Shown here in pieces: positions 63,439-64,000 of a stretch of DNA of 64,000 nucleotides. The stretch lies in contig CM059432.1 of assembly GCA_030390025.1 (NCBI GenBank), positions 138,014,001-138,078,000 on the forward strand, read 5' to 3'. The notes under the pieces are model-generated. The model saw nothing but the letters and a program-made list of their open reading frames with translations, was not told the DNA's origin and ran no database searches. The position numbers and the translations under genes were made by a program. The DNA is from Squalus acanthias. Taxonomy: Eukaryota. Positions within the stretch are counted from its first letter, which is position 1; each line of letters starts with the position of its first letter.

Positions 63439-64000
63439 GGGCTGGATTTTGATACTAGGGCGGGCTGGGGTCGTGTCATCCACTTTTCGTGTTATCCACC
63501 CGACTGCAATTGGATGTGGGAGATTGATGCGATTTTCACCTAATTGGGCAATTGAGTTCCAGCATGTGGGAACCCATGAACCAATTAGTGTTTTCAGTCT
63601 GAAAGTCGCTTCTGATGATGTCATCATTGCTGCTGCATTGAAGGTCTGCAAAGACTGCCTGGCCTTTGCTGTGAGAGGACCTGGATGCAAAATAAGCAGC
63701 AGCAGCCCTAAGTCTGCTCCCGGATATTTTTGCACCACCACTCCCAGATATGTCTCCCATTCACCACCACTCCCAGATATGTCTATTATTCTTCCTTCCT
63801 CCTCCTCCTCCTCCTCCCTCCTCCTCTTCCTCCTCCTCCTTCCTCTTCCTCCTCCCTCATCTCTCTGTTGTAATAGTGGACCTGCAGCTGATAGTCAGCT
63901 ATCCAAATGTGCTCCCACCAGGTTTCACATTCGTGGTTCAGAACAGGCGTGCTTCACGTAGAAAAAGAGTTAAAATCACAAAGGCCTTTCAAAATGGCAT
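63439..64000. mobile_element. MITE family C copy 2, opposite orientation, runs off the window; contains a (CCT)n tract at about 63790-63858
   Basis: TTA then GGGCTGGATTTTG; 63500-63720 aligns to the reverse complement of 62950-63160. Confidence 0.85.

Noticed and set aside
1..64000. CRISPR array, operon or phage defence system
   Set aside because: No regularly spaced repeats or gene-dense structure; the sequence is vertebrate repeat-rich DNA.

Overview
Repeat-dense vertebrate nuclear DNA (intronic or intergenic). The repeat repertoire points to a cartilaginous fish (shark), which is an inference. I could not identify any host protein-coding gene, tRNA/rRNA gene, CRISPR array or prokaryotic system, and almost every ORF in the track is a transposon fragment or its antisense frame. 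The window holds many 5'-truncated CR1 LINEs (one with a 583-aa open RT frame), a second CR1/L2-group LINE, L2 3' ends with their partner tRNA-derived Deu-type SINE, three RTE-clade LINE 3' ends, an internally deleted PIF/Harbinger transposon (Myb/SANT gene plus transposase remnant), several Harbinger-type MITE families and Penelope-like terminal repeats. Most notable: (1) minimal hammerhead-ribozyme motifs in the Penelope-like repeats (about 2.25, 10.55 and 32.75 kb); (2) a 114-bp perfect, spacerless palindrome inside a 15-bp TSD at 38.1 kb; (3) an inverted segmental duplication (30.6-33.5 kb vs 39.5-40.6 kb) whose right arm keeps the empty sites of insertions in the left arm; (4) insertion and repair signatures at several nested elements; (5) a few TE-free blocks with enhancer-like motif clusters and candidate orphan exons. 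Repeat boundaries are read by eye and are approximate unless a TIR or TSD is quoted.
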